Positions 27,989 to 38,980 of a stretch of DNA of 64,000 bases are shown here, piece by piece. Below the pieces are notes generated by a model. The model was not told the origin of the DNA. It did not search any database and saw nothing but the letters and a program-made list of their open reading frames with translations. Every line of letters begins with the position of its first letter. Positions within the stretch are counted from its first letter, which is position 1. A program made the position numbers and the translations under genes. This stretch comes from Thiotrichaceae bacterium (lineage in GTDB: Bacteria; Pseudomonadota; Gammaproteobacteria; Thiotrichales; Thiotrichaceae): contig JALSJN010000017.1 of the NCBI GenBank assembly GCA_026989335.1, forward strand, positions 22,767 to 86,766, read 5' to 3'.

Positions 27989-28957
27989 ATGTCAGATCAT
28001 AAGCACAAAATTACTAAAGACCCGCTAACAGGCGCAGAAACAACCGGCCATGTTTGGGATGATGACTTGCAAGAATTTAATAACCCTTTACCGACATGGT
28101 GGCTGTGGGCGTTTTATGCAACGATTATATTTTCGATTGTTTACTGGATAATTTACCCAAGTTGGCCGACTAACTTTGCAAAGCGTGGTTTTATTGAAGG
28201 CGCGACATCGATTTCTTTTAATGCAGACTCAATTAAAGATGGTAAAAAAACGGTAGCAGGTGGTGAAGAAGTAACTGTTCCGTGGAATACGCGCGCTCTA
28301 CTTGCACATGAAATGCAAAATGATCCGAATGAATTAAAACGTAATGCAATGGTTAAGAAAGTGGCGGGTATGGCACTGGCTGATGTAGCAAAAGACCCTG
28401 ATTCAAGTGCCTTTGTACGTGCTTACGGCAAAGGTATTTTTGGTGACTACTGTGCGGCTTGTCATCAGGCTGGTGGCCAGGGAGTTCGTGGTCACTATCC
28501 TAATTTGGTAGACGATGCCTGGCTATGGGGTGGAGAAACCGCAGATATCGAAACAACGATTCGTAAAGGTCGTAAAGGTAATATGCCCGCACACAAAGCG
28601 AGTTTATCTGATCAACAAATCACTGAAGCGGCAAACTATGTACTTAGCTTGTCTGGGGAAGCTGTTGATGCTGGTTTAGCGGCAAGTGGTAAAGAGATTT
28701 TTAATACTAAAGGCTGCTCAGGTTGTCACACGCCAGCAGCAACAGGTATGAAAGCATTAGGTGCTGCTAACCTTACGGATAAAATTTGGACACAAGCACA
28801 TGTGCCAGAAGCAGAAACAGTTGAAGCTAAAGTTAAAGCGGTTAAAACCGTTATCTCAAATGGTATTCAACGTGAAATGCCGGCATGGGAAACTCGTTTA
28901 TCTAATGATGAGATTAAAGTACTTGTTGCTTATATAAAATTATTAAGTTCAAACTAA
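27989..28957 (+). CDS. ccoP: Cytochrome c oxidase cbb3-type subunit III (diheme)
   Basis: N-terminal TM and two heme-c motifs (CAACH, CSGCH). ATG 27989 (MSDHKHK..) directly follows the ccoQ stop. Confidence 0.92.
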   Translation: MSDHKHKITKDPLTGAETTGHVWDDDLQEFNNPLPTWWLWAFYATIIFSIVYWIIYPSWPTNFAKRGFIEGATSISFNADSIKDGKKTVAGGEEVTVPWNTRALLAHEMQNDPNELKRNAMVKKVAGMALADVAKDPDSSAFVRAYGKGIFGDYCAACHQAGGQGVRGHYPNLVDDAWLWGGETADIETTIRKGRKGNMPAHKASLSDQQITEAANYVLSLSGEAVDAGLAASGKEIFNTKGCSGCHTPAATGMKALGAANLTDKIWTQAHVPEAETVEAKVKAVKTVISNGIQREMPAWETRLSNDEIKVLVAYIKLLSSN

Positions 28958-28973
28958 GATACTTGCAACTTTC

Positions 28974-29008
28974 AAAAAAAACGGCCGGTTATCCGGCCGT
29001 TTTTTTTT
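28974..29008. terminator. Bidirectional intrinsic terminator between ccoP and mfd
   Basis: A8-CGGCCGG-TTAT-CCGGCCG-T9; the symmetric A/T runs serve both convergent genes. Confidence 0.8.
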
Positions 29009-29216
29009 GTTAGATTTATTGTTAACTCAGTTAATAATTTCTGGAAGTGTTTTTGTTAGTTTGATTCTTAAATCAAATACTGAGTATCAATCTCTGCTAC
29101 AGTTTTTATCAATTGTGGAATCAGAGTAATTGCTTGATGCCTTAACTTTATGCTAAGAGCGTGTGTTGTTTTAGATAGAGCTTTGACATATCTTTGAGAG
29201 TTTAATTAGGAGAACT

Positions 29217-32200
29217 TTATTCTATTTCTTTAAATAACCGTTTAATCCATTGAACTCGTTGTTCGGTGGTTTCAAGAGTTTCATATTCAAAATAGAGTTT
29301 ATCTTGGCCTTTGATAGACAGCTCCCAAGGGCGTTGTTGTACAAGGTTAAATATTTTCATTGGGTCAATATTAGGTTTTTCGTTGAATAATATTCTGCCT
29401 CCTTCTTCTCCCATATCGAGTTTTAAAATTCCAAGTTTTTGCGCGATTTGTTTCAGACGAGTCACTTCAAACAAGCTAACAACTGGCTCTGGTAGCAAAC
29501 CGAAACGGTCAATCATCTCAACGCGTAAATCCCGTAAAGCTTCAGCATTTTTGGCGCTTGCAATTCGTTTGTACATAATTAAACGATTATGCACATCGGG
29601 TAAATAGTCATCAGGGATTAAGGCGGGTACGCCTAGGTCTACAGTAGTCCGTGTCTCAGACTTATCTAGCTCCGGTAGCTTACCTGCTTTAAGTGCTTTA
29701 ACAGCACGTTCGAGTAGGTCGTTGTACATGCTAAAGCCAATTTCTTGAATTTGTCCACTTTGGCCATCACCTAATAATTCACCTGCGCCACGGATTTCCA
29801 AATCGTGTGAAGCCAGGGTAAAACCGACACCTAAATCTTCCAGTGATTCAATGGCTTCTAGGCGTTTTTTAGCATCAGCAGTAATGGTTTTTTTACTCGG
29901 GATAATTAAGTAAGCATACGCCTTATGATGAGAGCGACCCACACGCCCGCGAATTTGATGTAACTGAGCAAGCCCTAATTTATCAGCTCGGTTGATTATA
30001 ATGGTATTGGCATTAGGCACGTCGATGCCGCTTTCGATAATTGTGGTGGCGACCAAAACTTGGAAGCGCTGGTGATAGAAATCGCTCATTATGGCTTCAA
30101 GTTCTTTCTCAGGCATTTGACCATGAGCAAAACGCACCTTGGTATTGGGTAAAATCTGTTCTAAATCTTCTGCCATTTTTTGAATGGTTTTGACTTCATT
30201 ATGTAAAAAATAGACTTGCCCGCCACGGGCTAATTCACGCGCGCAGGCTTCTTGAATAAGTGCTTTATCCCACTCGCTTGCGAAGGTTTTAATTGCGTGA
30301 CGGTTGCTTGGCGGGGTTGCAATGATGGATAAATCACGTAGCCCAGCCAATGACATATTTAAAGTGCGAGGAATGGGGGTGGCAGTTAAGGTGAGCATAT
30401 CAACATTGGAGCGCATTTTTTTGAGTTGTTCTTTGTGGCGAACGCCAAAACGATGCTCTTCATCAATAATGACCAAACCTAGGTCTTTAAAAACGATGTC
30501 TTTTTGCAATAACTTGTGTGTGCCAATCACAATATCGACTTTCCCCGCAGCCATATCAGCAAGTGTTTGTCGGGTTTCTTTAGGTGTTTTAAAGCGCGAT
30601 AATGAGGCAACTTTAAAGGGCCAATCGGCAAAGCGGTCCTCAAAGTTTTTGGCGTGTTGTTGGACTAACAACGTAGTTGGCGCAATGATGGCAACTTGTT
30701 TGCCTGAGTTAGCCGCAACAAAGGTGGCACGCATCGCGACTTCTGTTTTGCCAAAGCCTACATCTCCACAGGTAACACGGTCCATCGGTTGCTCTGACAG
30801 CATATCTTTAATAACTGTGCCAATAGCAGCCGCTTGATCGGGCGTTTCTTCAAATGGAAAGGTGTCTGCAAATGAGTGGTATTCAAGCTCGTTAAAAGGA
30901 AAGGCATGGCCTTTTTGAGCGGCACGGCGGGCATGAATTTCCAATAATTCAGCGGCGACATCATGTGCTTTTTGTGCGGCTTTTTTGCGCACTTTGTCCC
31001 AATATTCTGTACCCAAGGTATGTAAGGGAGCGTTCTCGGCGCTAGCGCCGGTGTAACGGCTAATCAAATGGAGTGAGGCTACAGGCACATAGAGCTTGTC
31101 TTTACGCGAATATTCAAGGGTAATGAACTCTTGCTCAATGCCGCCCGTAGTGAGTTTTTGCATACCCATATAACGACCGACACCGTGCTCTTCATGCACT
31201 ACAGGGTCGCCTTCGCTGAGATCGGTGAGATTGCGAACAATAGTATCAGCATCACGGGTAGGTTTTTGTCGACGACGTTTTTGTTGAACTTGTTGGCCGA
31301 ATAATAAGGTTTCAGGAATGATTGCTAGCGGTGCTTTATTTTTATCAGCATCCCAATTAATCCATAGGCCTTCTTCCATCGGGGCAATGATTAAGTTGAG
31401 TGGTTCATCGGTTTGTGTAAAGTCTTGCCAGTTTTCTAAGGTTTTTGGGGTGTAGCCATTATCGCGCATCAAACCAAGCAGGTTTTCTCGACGGCCCGCT
31501 GACTCTGCTGTAAACAATACTTGGCCATTGTGTTGTGACAGATTTGCCATAAATTGCTTGAGTAAAATTAGAGGATTTTCGGAGCGCCCTTGAATTAATA
31601 AGGAAGGTAAAATAGCGGTTGGGTAGTTGTGACAATCTTGCTCGGTTACAGAACTTTTTTTAAAATGGTGAGTATCTATATGCTTCAGCTCAGAAATCTT
31701 TGCGTGCAACTGTTGCGGGTTCAAGTAGAGTTTATCAGGGGAAAGAATGGGGCGCTCTACATCATGACTGCGTTGTTCGTGCCGTTCTAAAATACTATTG
31801 TGAAAGGCTTCGGCAGCTGGCCCTGTTCCATCAGTATTTATTAATAATACTTTTTCAGGCAAGTAGTCAAATAATGTGGCGGTTGACTCAAAGAAAAGTG
31901 GTAAATAATATTCAATTCCAGCAGGGGGTGTGCCATTGCTCACGTTGTCATAAATTTGACTTGCGGCAAGATCACCGCCTAACTGGGTGCTGTAATTCTC
32001 TCTAAAGCGATCAATACCCTCGGGTGTTAGTGGGAACTCATGTGCAGGCAATAGCTCAATTTGATCAATTTTTTCAATAGTGCGTTGATCTTCAGGATTA
32101 AAACTGCGGATTGTTTCTACCTCGTCATCAAAAAGATCAATGCGGTAGGGGGTATTTGAGCCCATAGGAAATAGGTCAACTAATGAGCCGCGAGTGCTGT

Positions 32201-32711
32201 ACTCGCCGTGCTCCATCACTTGGGTAACATGCCGATAACCCGCTTCATTAAACTGAATACGCGTTTTTTCAATATTTAGAGTATCACCTACTTTAACGAT
32301 TAAGGTATTAGAACGGATGTAATCAACGGGTGGTAGTTGCTGCATTAAGGTCGAAACAGGCACGATTAAAATACCTTGCTCGAGGCTTTCTAAAGTATAT
32401 AGAGCCTTGAGTCGCTCTGATATTAAATCCTCATGCGGTGAGAAAACATCGTAAGGCAAGGTCTCCCAGTCTGGAAAAATGTGGATGTTTTGTTGCTGTT
32501 TTTGTCGTGCTGTCAGGGAAGAGAAAAACTTAATATTTGCTTCGGCAGTATAGGCTTGGTGAGTGTCTGGGGTCACTAAAATAATCAAACCTTTGTATTC
32601 GTTGGCAGTATTCGCGATTAGTAAATCTTGAGCACAGCCATGAAGCTGTCCCCAGCATGTGTGCTGGGTTGTTTTCGAAGGAAATAGCGGAGACAGATGG
32701 CTCTTTGACAT
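29217..32711 (-). CDS. mfd: Transcription-repair coupling factor
   Basis: 1164 aa. UvrB-homology N-terminus, RNAP-interaction domain, helicase motifs GDVGFGKTEVA / DEEHRFGV, and TRG motif. Confidence 0.95.
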   Translation of the reverse strand: MSKSHLSPLFPSKTTQHTCWGQLHGCAQDLLIANTANEYKGLIILVTPDTHQAYTAEANIKFFSSLTARQKQQQNIHIFPDWETLPYDVFSPHEDLISERLKALYTLESLEQGILIVPVSTLMQQLPPVDYIRSNTLIVKVGDTLNIEKTRIQFNEAGYRHVTQVMEHGEYSTRGSLVDLFPMGSNTPYRIDLFDDEVETIRSFNPEDQRTIEKIDQIELLPAHEFPLTPEGIDRFRENYSTQLGGDLAASQIYDNVSNGTPPAGIEYYLPLFFESTATLFDYLPEKVLLINTDGTGPAAEAFHNSILERHEQRSHDVERPILSPDKLYLNPQQLHAKISELKHIDTHHFKKSSVTEQDCHNYPTAILPSLLIQGRSENPLILLKQFMANLSQHNGQVLFTAESAGRRENLLGLMRDNGYTPKTLENWQDFTQTDEPLNLIIAPMEEGLWINWDADKNKAPLAIIPETLLFGQQVQQKRRRQKPTRDADTIVRNLTDLSEGDPVVHEEHGVGRYMGMQKLTTGGIEQEFITLEYSRKDKLYVPVASLHLISRYTGASAENAPLHTLGTEYWDKVRKKAAQKAHDVAAELLEIHARRAAQKGHAFPFNELEYHSFADTFPFEETPDQAAAIGTVIKDMLSEQPMDRVTCGDVGFGKTEVAMRATFVAANSGKQVAIIAPTTLLVQQHAKNFEDRFADWPFKVASLSRFKTPKETRQTLADMAAGKVDIVIGTHKLLQKDIVFKDLGLVIIDEEHRFGVRHKEQLKKMRSNVDMLTLTATPIPRTLNMSLAGLRDLSIIATPPSNRHAIKTFASEWDKALIQEACARELARGGQVYFLHNEVKTIQKMAEDLEQILPNTKVRFAHGQMPEKELEAIMSDFYHQRFQVLVATTIIESGIDVPNANTIIINRADKLGLAQLHQIRGRVGRSHHKAYAYLIIPSKKTITADAKKRLEAIESLEDLGVGFTLASHDLEIRGAGELLGDGQSGQIQEIGFSMYNDLLERAVKALKAGKLPELDKSETRTTVDLGVPALIPDDYLPDVHNRLIMYKRIASAKNAEALRDLRVEMIDRFGLLPEPVVSLFEVTRLKQIAQKLGILKLDMGEEGGRILFNEKPNIDPMKIFNLVQQRPWELSIKGQDKLYFEYETLETTEQRVQWIKRLFKEIE

Positions 32712-32981
32712 AGTTGATAGCTGAGTAAAAGTACAATAAAAAGAGAGGCCAGATTGTACAGTAGCTAGACTTTAAAACACAGTTAGAAGTCTATGAAAAA
32801 TACTTCAAAAAATAATATTTTGATAAATTTTATTATTTTGTATTTAAATCAGTATCATGCAAGATTAAGCTGATAACTTGACTTTATTTAAGCTATTAAA
32901 GTGGGATTCATTCGGTTTACTTTCTCGTATATCATGCGCGACATAATAATAACTTTATGAATGTTGCGATGGAGTAGGTAG

Positions 32982-33710
32982 ATGATTCTAAAAGGTGAGA
33001 TGTCAATGCTCAATGCCTTATATGTGAGTGATCTTGATATAAAAAAGCTCACTGCAGAATTAACGAAAAAAAGGGATGAAGCACCGCAGTTTTTTATGCA
33101 AAGCCCTATGATTGTTGATTGTATAGACTTGGGTGAAAAGGCGAAAGAGCTCGACTTTATCGCGCTTAGAAAGAGTTTGATAGAACTAGATTTTATCCCG
33201 ATAGGTGTGAGAAATGCCCCTAAAGGTGTTAATAAAGAATTGATCAAAAATGGTTGGGCGATTATGCGAACCACTCAGGAAAAAGTGGAGAAACAGACTT
33301 CCTCTGATCCTGCGACTGATAAAAAAGAAACTCAGTCGGTTGAGAAAGGTACTGACGTTAATCAGGTAGAGCCTACTATTGATTCTGTCACGATTGATCG
33401 ACCAGTGCGCTCAGGCCAGCAAATCTATGCGGCGTCTGCTGATATGACAGTGTTAGCGCCCACCAGTGCCGGCTCTGAGTTAATGGCAGATGGTTCGATA
33501 CATGTTTATGGTGCAATAAGAGGTCGTGTGCTAGCAGGAGCAAAAGGTAATATTGCAGCACGAATATTTTGTCAATCATTAGATGCAGAGTTGATTGCAA
33601 TAGCAGGACGGTATCAGCTATTAGATGAAAGTAAAACAGAATTAAAAGGTAAACCAGCTATGATTTATCTTGATGGTGAAAAGTTGGTTATAGAGCCATT
33701 GGCTAGTTAA
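32982..33710 (+). CDS. minC: Septum site-determining protein MinC
   Basis: 242 aa. C-terminal beta-helix region RSGQQIYA....V......G.E..ADG.IHVYG..RGR..AG. Confidence 0.9.
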   Translation: MILKGEMSMLNALYVSDLDIKKLTAELTKKRDEAPQFFMQSPMIVDCIDLGEKAKELDFIALRKSLIELDFIPIGVRNAPKGVNKELIKNGWAIMRTTQEKVEKQTSSDPATDKKETQSVEKGTDVNQVEPTIDSVTIDRPVRSGQQIYAASADMTVLAPTSAGSELMADGSIHVYGAIRGRVLAGAKGNIAARIFCQSLDAELIAIAGRYQLLDESKTELKGKPAMIYLDGEKLVIEPLAS

Positions 33711-33835
33711 AAGCCAGTGGCCGAGTAAAAACATTGAGATAATAGCCTAGAAAAGGTTAAAACTTTGAACAAAATAACAGTCATTATCACTAAGTAATGA
33801 CTATTTAAAATTAGCGTATTATAGAGGAAAGCACC

Positions 33836-34648
33836 TTGAGTAAAGTAATTGTTGTCACATCAGGTAAGGGTGGCGTAGGTAAAACAACATCAAGCGCGGC
33901 ATTTGCTGCAGGTCTAGCGGCAAAAGGGCATAAAACAGCTGTTATTGATTTTGATGTGGGGTTACGTAATCTTGATTTGATTATGGGTGTCGAGCGCCGT
34001 GTAGTTTATGATTTTGTTAATGTAATCAATGGTGAAGCCACCTTAAAGCAAGCCTTAATTAAAGATAAGCGAGTTGATAACCTTTATATTTTACCTGCCT
34101 CACAAACGCGTGATAAAGATGCCTTAAACAAAGAAGGTGTTGAAAGTGTGATTAATGAGCTTAAAGATGATGGCTTTGATTACATTGTTTGTGACTCGCC
34201 TGCAGGAATAGAGCGTGGCGCATTTATGGCACTATATTTTGCGGATGAAGCCATTATTGTTACCAACCCTGAAGTATCGTCGGTACGAGATTCTGATCGT
34301 ATCTTAGGTATCTTACAAAGCCGTTCAAAAAAGGCAGAAGAGGGTGGAACAATAAAAGAGCATTTATTGATTACGCGTTATTCGCCTAATCGTGTTGAAG
34401 GTGGTGATATGCTCAGCATGGATGATATTGTTGAAATCTTATCAATACCTTTAATTGGTGTTATTCCAGAATCAGGCGCAGTATTACAGGCATCAAATAG
34501 TGGTAACCCTGTTATCTTAGATACAGAAAGTACTGCAGGTCAGGCATACAGTGATGTGGTTGATCGGTTCTTAGGGGAAGAGGTAGCACTACGTTTTATA
34601 GAGGCCGAAGTTGAGAAAAAAGGCTTCTTTAAGAAACTGTTCGGTTAG
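33836..34648 (+). CDS. minD: Septum site-determining ATPase MinD
   Basis: 270 aa. Deviant Walker A GKGGVGKTT and a C-terminal amphipathic helix KKGFFKKLFG. TTG start. Confidence 0.95.
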   Translation: MSKVIVVTSGKGGVGKTTSSAAFAAGLAAKGHKTAVIDFDVGLRNLDLIMGVERRVVYDFVNVINGEATLKQALIKDKRVDNLYILPASQTRDKDALNKEGVESVINELKDDGFDYIVCDSPAGIERGAFMALYFADEAIIVTNPEVSSVRDSDRILGILQSRSKKAEEGGTIKEHLLITRYSPNRVEGGDMLSMDDIVEILSIPLIGVIPESGAVLQASNSGNPVILDTESTAGQAYSDVVDRFLGEEVALRFIEAEVEKKGFFKKLFG

Positions 34649-34657
34649 GGGATAACA

Positions 34658-34924
34658 ATGGGTTTATTTAGTTTCTTTAAAACAGAAAAGAAAAAAGATA
34701 CAGCATCGCTGGCTAAAGAGCGTTTGCAGATACTGATTGCGCATGAACATTCTGATAAAAATAAAAAGTCTCCTGATTACTTACCAAAGTTACAAGAAGA
34801 AATTTTAGAAGTTATCAGGAAATATGTTCACGTTGATGAAAAAGATGTAAATGTGAATGTCGAAAAAGGTGATGATTTTGATGTGCTTGAGTTAAATATT
34901 ACCTTGCCGGATGAAGAAAAATAA
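34658..34924 (+). CDS. minE: Cell division topological specificity factor MinE
   Basis: 88 aa. N-terminal FF......SA..AKERLQ motif, directly after minD. Confidence 0.92.
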   Translation: MGLFSFFKTEKKKDTASLAKERLQILIAHEHSDKNKKSPDYLPKLQEEILEVIRKYVHVDEKDVNVNVEKGDDFDVLELNITLPDEEK

Positions 34925-35043
34925 CAGTACAACTTACTTGTGTGATAACTCTAAAGCTATTTTTTATGTTGATCAGGGTCTCCTTAGGTCTTCAAATAGC
35001 TTTAAAACCATAAGACGTGATTTAGCAAGAAGGCGCGAAAAAT

Positions 35044-35093
35044 CTACGAAGAACCCACGAAGAGAGATAATTTTGTCTTCGTGAGCTTCGTAG
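35044..35093. terminator. Long interrupted hairpin between convergent minE and the DsrC-like gene (probable bidirectional terminator)
   Basis: CTACGAAG..CACGAAGA pairs with TCTTCGTG..CTTCGTAG (two 8-bp helices), with T-rich tracts on both sides. Confidence 0.45.
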
Positions 35094-35208
35094 TGAGTTA
35101 TTTTATTTCATGTACAGTATGACTTGCTACATGGCGGTCGTTACTTCTAGCTGAATCCGTGACTTCAATGCGGATATCAGGCGTAAGATATTGGTTTAGC
35201 ACGGGACT

Positions 35209-35571
35209 TTAATAACTAGTTCCAAACCCTTGATCTGTTTGATGCCCTAAGTCGGGTAAGTTTGTTAATTCATGAATTTGGCTTAGCGGCCCTGCAGGAA
35301 AGAGCCGATAGAGGTATTTCTTACCACCTTTCTCTGCAAATTCTTGATCCATTACTTTCATTAGCTGACGAGCATTTCGGCAGTCTTCGCAGTGTGCGTA
35401 AAAGTCCAAAACGAAATCTATCGCCTCTAAGCGTTCGTCCGTTAACTCCAGCCCCATTGCATCTGCGCGTTGTTCAATACCTTGATAACGCTCATCTCGG
35501 TCGATATTGCGCGATTGGTGGTTTCTGGGTTGTTTACGTGGGAAAGCTTCTGATTGTTGTATGCTTAGCAT
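35209..35571 (-). CDS. TusE/DsrC-family protein lacking the C-terminal cysteines
   Basis: 120 aa. The core ..ELTDERLEAIDFVLDFY....R.LMK.....F.EKGG.KYLYRLFP.GP..Q......LP parallels TusE/DsrC. The C-terminus ..LGHQTDQGFGTSY has no Cys. Confidence 0.65.
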   Translation of the reverse strand: MLSIQQSEAFPRKQPRNHQSRNIDRDERYQGIEQRADAMGLELTDERLEAIDFVLDFYAHCEDCRNARQLMKVMDQEFAEKGGKKYLYRLFPAGPLSQIHELTNLPDLGHQTDQGFGTSY

Positions 35572-35718
35572 GTTTTACTCTCCATTATTAATAATAATCT
35601 ACAGATAAAATAACCTGTAAACTGAGTGTAGATTCTATTTGATAAAAATCAACTTAACCATTGAAGTTATAAGGGCATATCTGTTCTATACTCAATTAAA
35701 ATCAAAAGAGGATTTATA

Positions 35719-36777
35719 ATGTTTAAAGGTATAAAGAACAGTTTTTTATTTTCGTTTATATTGATCACTTGCAATGCGTTAATAATCAGTTCGGCAACTG
35801 CCGAAACACCTAAAAAAATAGGCAAAGTACTTGGAATTGCTGATGCTGTTATTCCAGACTATTTTAAAGATAGCTTTTTAGATTTTCGAGAAGAGTCAGC
35901 CGAGGCTGTGGATGCTGGTAAACATATGCTTGTTTTTGCTGATTTAAAAGGCTGCCCGTATTGCGCGCAAATGCTTAAAGATAACTTTGTGAAGTCAGAG
36001 AAGGACGGCGGTAACAAAGAATTTATTAAAACTAATTTTGATAGTATTCATATAAATATTAAAGGCAGTCGTGATGTTGCTTTCAATAAAAAAACCGATG
36101 TGACTGAAGCTGAGCTTGCCAAAGTGCTGCAAGTGTCGTTTACACCGACTCTGTTGTTTATGAATGCTAAAAATAAGGTGGTTGCACGGGTTAATGGCTA
36201 TCGCTCACCACGTGAATTTCGTCAAGTATTGAATTATGTTAAAGAAAAAGCTTATGAAAAGACAGATTTTCCCAGTTACCGCTTAATGCATCTAAAAGAT
36301 TCGGTTTATAAATTTCTGGATCATGAGTCGTTTAATGAAATCACTGACTTACAAAAGGCAATGAAATCTGATAAACCATTAATGATTTTATTCGAGGATA
36401 CAACCTGTGATGAATGTAATAATTTTCATAAAGAAATTTTAGACTTGCCTGATACAAAGGGCTTACTGAAAGAACTGAATGTAGTGCGTTTAGATGCCTT
36501 GTCGGATAAACAAATTATTGATACAAGCGGCAATAAAATAACTGCAAGTGAGTGGTTAAAAAAAGAAGGTATTAGTTACCGACCGGCAGTACTATTCTTT
36601 GCCGAAGGGAAGGAGAGGGCGCGCTTAACAGGTTTGATTAAGTCTTTTCATTTTCAACAGCTGCTGAGTTATATGGGGCAAAAAAAGTATCATGAATACA
36701 ATGACTTTATAGAATACGGTGAAGACTATTCTAAGAAAATTCTTGAGTCGGGTAAGGATATTGATATTTGGAAATAA
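35719..36777 (+). CDS. Periplasmic protein with two thioredoxin-like domains
   Basis: 352 aa. Signal peptide, first Trx-like module with CPYC, second with CDEC. Each sits in a ..L(V/I)(F/L)F....C..C.. context. Confidence 0.6.
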   Translation: MFKGIKNSFLFSFILITCNALIISSATAETPKKIGKVLGIADAVIPDYFKDSFLDFREESAEAVDAGKHMLVFADLKGCPYCAQMLKDNFVKSEKDGGNKEFIKTNFDSIHINIKGSRDVAFNKKTDVTEAELAKVLQVSFTPTLLFMNAKNKVVARVNGYRSPREFRQVLNYVKEKAYEKTDFPSYRLMHLKDSVYKFLDHESFNEITDLQKAMKSDKPLMILFEDTTCDECNNFHKEILDLPDTKGLLKELNVVRLDALSDKQIIDTSGNKITASEWLKKEGISYRPAVLFFAEGKERARLTGLIKSFHFQQLLSYMGQKKYHEYNDFIEYGEDYSKKILESGKDIDIWK

Positions 36778-36843
36778 GGCTTTGGAGTACTAGAATAAAG
36801 CGATAAATAAACGTATCATCCCAGCAAATTAATCAAATAGATA

Positions 36844-37686
36844 ATGGGCTGTGACAATATTTTGTCAGATACATTTATAAAAATACGTGACTTGCATTTT
36901 TCAAGAGGAAATCGTGAGATATTTTCAGGGGTTTCTCTGGATATTCCTGCGGGAAAAATAACCGCCATTATGGGTCCGAGCGGTACGGGTAAAACGACTT
37001 TATTACGTATGCTGGGCGGCCAGTTACAGCCGAGTCAAGGCACTGTCGAAGTAGAAGGTCTAGATATTGCTTCGCTGAATCGAAAACATCTTTATAAAGC
37101 GCGTCGCCGGATGGGGATGCTATTCCAATCCGGTGCATTACTCACTGATTTGAGCGTGTTTGAAAATATTGCATTTCCTATTCGCGAACACTACCAGTTT
37201 CGTGAATCAATGATTCGTGACTTAGTGTTACTAAAACTTGAGTTAGTCGGTTTGCGTGGTGCGCATGCGCTTATGCCGGCAGAGCTTTCTGGTGGTATGC
37301 AGCGGCGCGTTTCACTGGCGCGTGCGATAATACTCGATCCTGTATTGATGATGTATGACGAGCCGTTTACCGGTTTGGACCCGGTAACTTTAGGGACTAT
37401 CGTAACTTTAATTAAAGAGCTTAATCAATCCCTTGGTATTACCAGTGTGCTGGTCTCGCATGATATTCATGAGACTTTTTCTATTGCAGATTACGTTTGC
37501 ATCTTATCCGAAGGCAAAGTCATGGCGGCAGGGTCACCGCAGGAACTGATGGAATCTGACTCTGAGTTTGTACAACAATTTGTACAAGGTAAGCCAGATG
37601 GACCTATGCCGTTTCATTTTCCTGCGGAATCTTTATCGAATGATTTATTGAGTTCTGATTTCAAAGCCGGACAACATCTCTCGTGA
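36844..37686 (+). CDS. mlaF: Phospholipid ABC transporter ATPase MlaF
   Basis: 280 aa. Walker [10 protein letters not shown], signature LSGGMQRR, Walker B MMYDEP. It heads the mlaE/mlaD cluster. Confidence 0.9.
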   Translation: MGCDNILSDTFIKIRDLHFSRGNREIFSGVSLDIPAGKITAIMGPSGTGKTTLLRMLGGQLQPSQGTVEVEGLDIASLNRKHLYKARRRMGMLFQSGALLTDLSVFENIAFPIREHYQFRESMIRDLVLLKLELVGLRGAHALMPAELSGGMQRRVSLARAIILDPVLMMYDEPFTGLDPVTLGTIVTLIKELNQSLGITSVLVSHDIHETFSIADYVCILSEGKVMAAGSPQELMESDSEFVQQFVQGKPDGPMPFHFPAESLSNDLLSSDFKAGQHLS

Positions 37687-38468
37687 GTGCCGTTATTAAT
37701 TTATTGCAAGTGATTGGTGTCTTTGTGATTAATACTGTCGCAAGCTTCGGTCGCGCTAGTATTTTTTTATCGCAGATTATTTTAGGCTTTAAAGATGTTA
37801 TCTTACGTCCGAGTTTACTTATAAAAGAGCTGTACTCGGTCGGTGTTTTATCGTTGCTGATTATAGTTTTTTCGGCAACCTTTGTGGGTATGGTCTTAAG
37901 CTTATTAGGCTATGTCACCTTGGTCGATTTTGGTGCCGAGTCATCCTTAGGCGTGTTAGTAGCATTGTCATTAATTCGTGAGCTTGGTCCTGTATTAAGT
38001 GCTTTGTTATTTTCAGGTCGTGCAGGGTCGGCATTAACGGCTGAGATTGGTTTAATGAAAGCAACCGAGCAACTTGCCAGCATGGAAATGATGGCAGTTG
38101 ATCCTATACGACGCATTATTGCACCACGTTTTTTTGCTGGGCTAATCTCGCTTCCACTGCTTACTATGTTGTTTATGGCAATTGGAATTTACTCTGGCTA
38201 TTTAGTCGGTAGCGTGTGGTTAGGTGTTGATGAAGGCTCGTTCTGGTCGCAGATGCAGTCTAAAGTAGACTTTCAAGGCGATGTTATCAACGGTATGATT
38301 AAGAGTGCTGTGTTTGGCTTTGTGGTGACGTGGATTGCCTTGTACCAAGGGTATAATGCTTACCCTACTTCAGAGGGGGTTAGCCGTGCTACCACAAATT
38401 CAGTGGTTTATTCCGCTTTAGCAGTACTGGGTTTAGATTTTTTATTAACTGCCTTAATGTTCATGTAA
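37683..38468 (+). CDS. mlaE: Phospholipid ABC transporter permease MlaE
   Basis: 261-aa polytopic protein. The GTGA start/stop overlap with mlaF and the LIRELGPVL motif are typical of MlaE. Confidence 0.9.
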   Translation: MSAVINLLQVIGVFVINTVASFGRASIFLSQIILGFKDVILRPSLLIKELYSVGVLSLLIIVFSATFVGMVLSLLGYVTLVDFGAESSLGVLVALSLIRELGPVLSALLFSGRAGSALTAEIGLMKATEQLASMEMMAVDPIRRIIAPRFFAGLISLPLLTMLFMAIGIYSGYLVGSVWLGVDEGSFWSQMQSKVDFQGDVINGMIKSAVFGFVVTWIALYQGYNAYPTSEGVSRATTNSVVYSALAVLGLDFLLTALMFM

Positions 38469-38479
38469 GAGAAATAATT

Positions 38480-38947
38480 ATGGTTTCTTCAAGAAAAACA
38501 GAAATTACCGTCGGAGCATTTGTGTTAATGGCTTTATTAGCCTTTATCTATCTGGCATTAAATGTAAGTAATCTTACAGGGTTGTCAGCGGATAAAGGCT
38601 ACCACGTCAGTGCAAGTTTCGACAATATTGGGGGCTTGAGTAAACGCGCAAAGGTAACACTTTCAGGCGTGGCCGTGGGGCGCGTTACTGATATTAGGTA
38701 CGATAAAGAAACCTTTCGTGCCAAAGTGACTATGCGCATAAACTCTGACGTGAATTATTTACCGACCGATACGCAAGCCAGTATTTATACCTCAGGCTTA
38801 CTGGGTGAGCAGTATATTTCGTTAGAGCCTGGTGCGGAGGATGATGTTTTAACAGAGTCTAGCCAACTGGATATTACCCAATCTGCTGTTGTGTTAGAAG
38901 AGCTGATTGGGCAGTTTATGACGAATATGGCAACTAAAAAAGATTGA
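38480..38947 (+). CDS. mlaD: MCE-domain phospholipid-binding protein MlaD
   Basis: 155 aa. N-terminal TM anchor plus an MCE domain (V.L.GV.VG.V..I). Confidence 0.88.
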   Translation: MVSSRKTEITVGAFVLMALLAFIYLALNVSNLTGLSADKGYHVSASFDNIGGLSKRAKVTLSGVAVGRVTDIRYDKETFRAKVTMRINSDVNYLPTDTQASIYTSGLLGEQYISLEPGAEDDVLTESSQLDITQSAVVLEELIGQFMTNMATKKD

Positions 38948-38980
38948 TGCAAACTGTTTTTCAGCCACCCTATGTCTGAG

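Noticed and set aside
30304-30837. 177-aa plus-strand ORF inside mfd. Similar cases are 52100-52699 (199 aa) inside fadE and 47567-48187 inside fadB.
   Set aside because: They are embedded antisense to strongly supported conserved genes and have no start signals or motifs.
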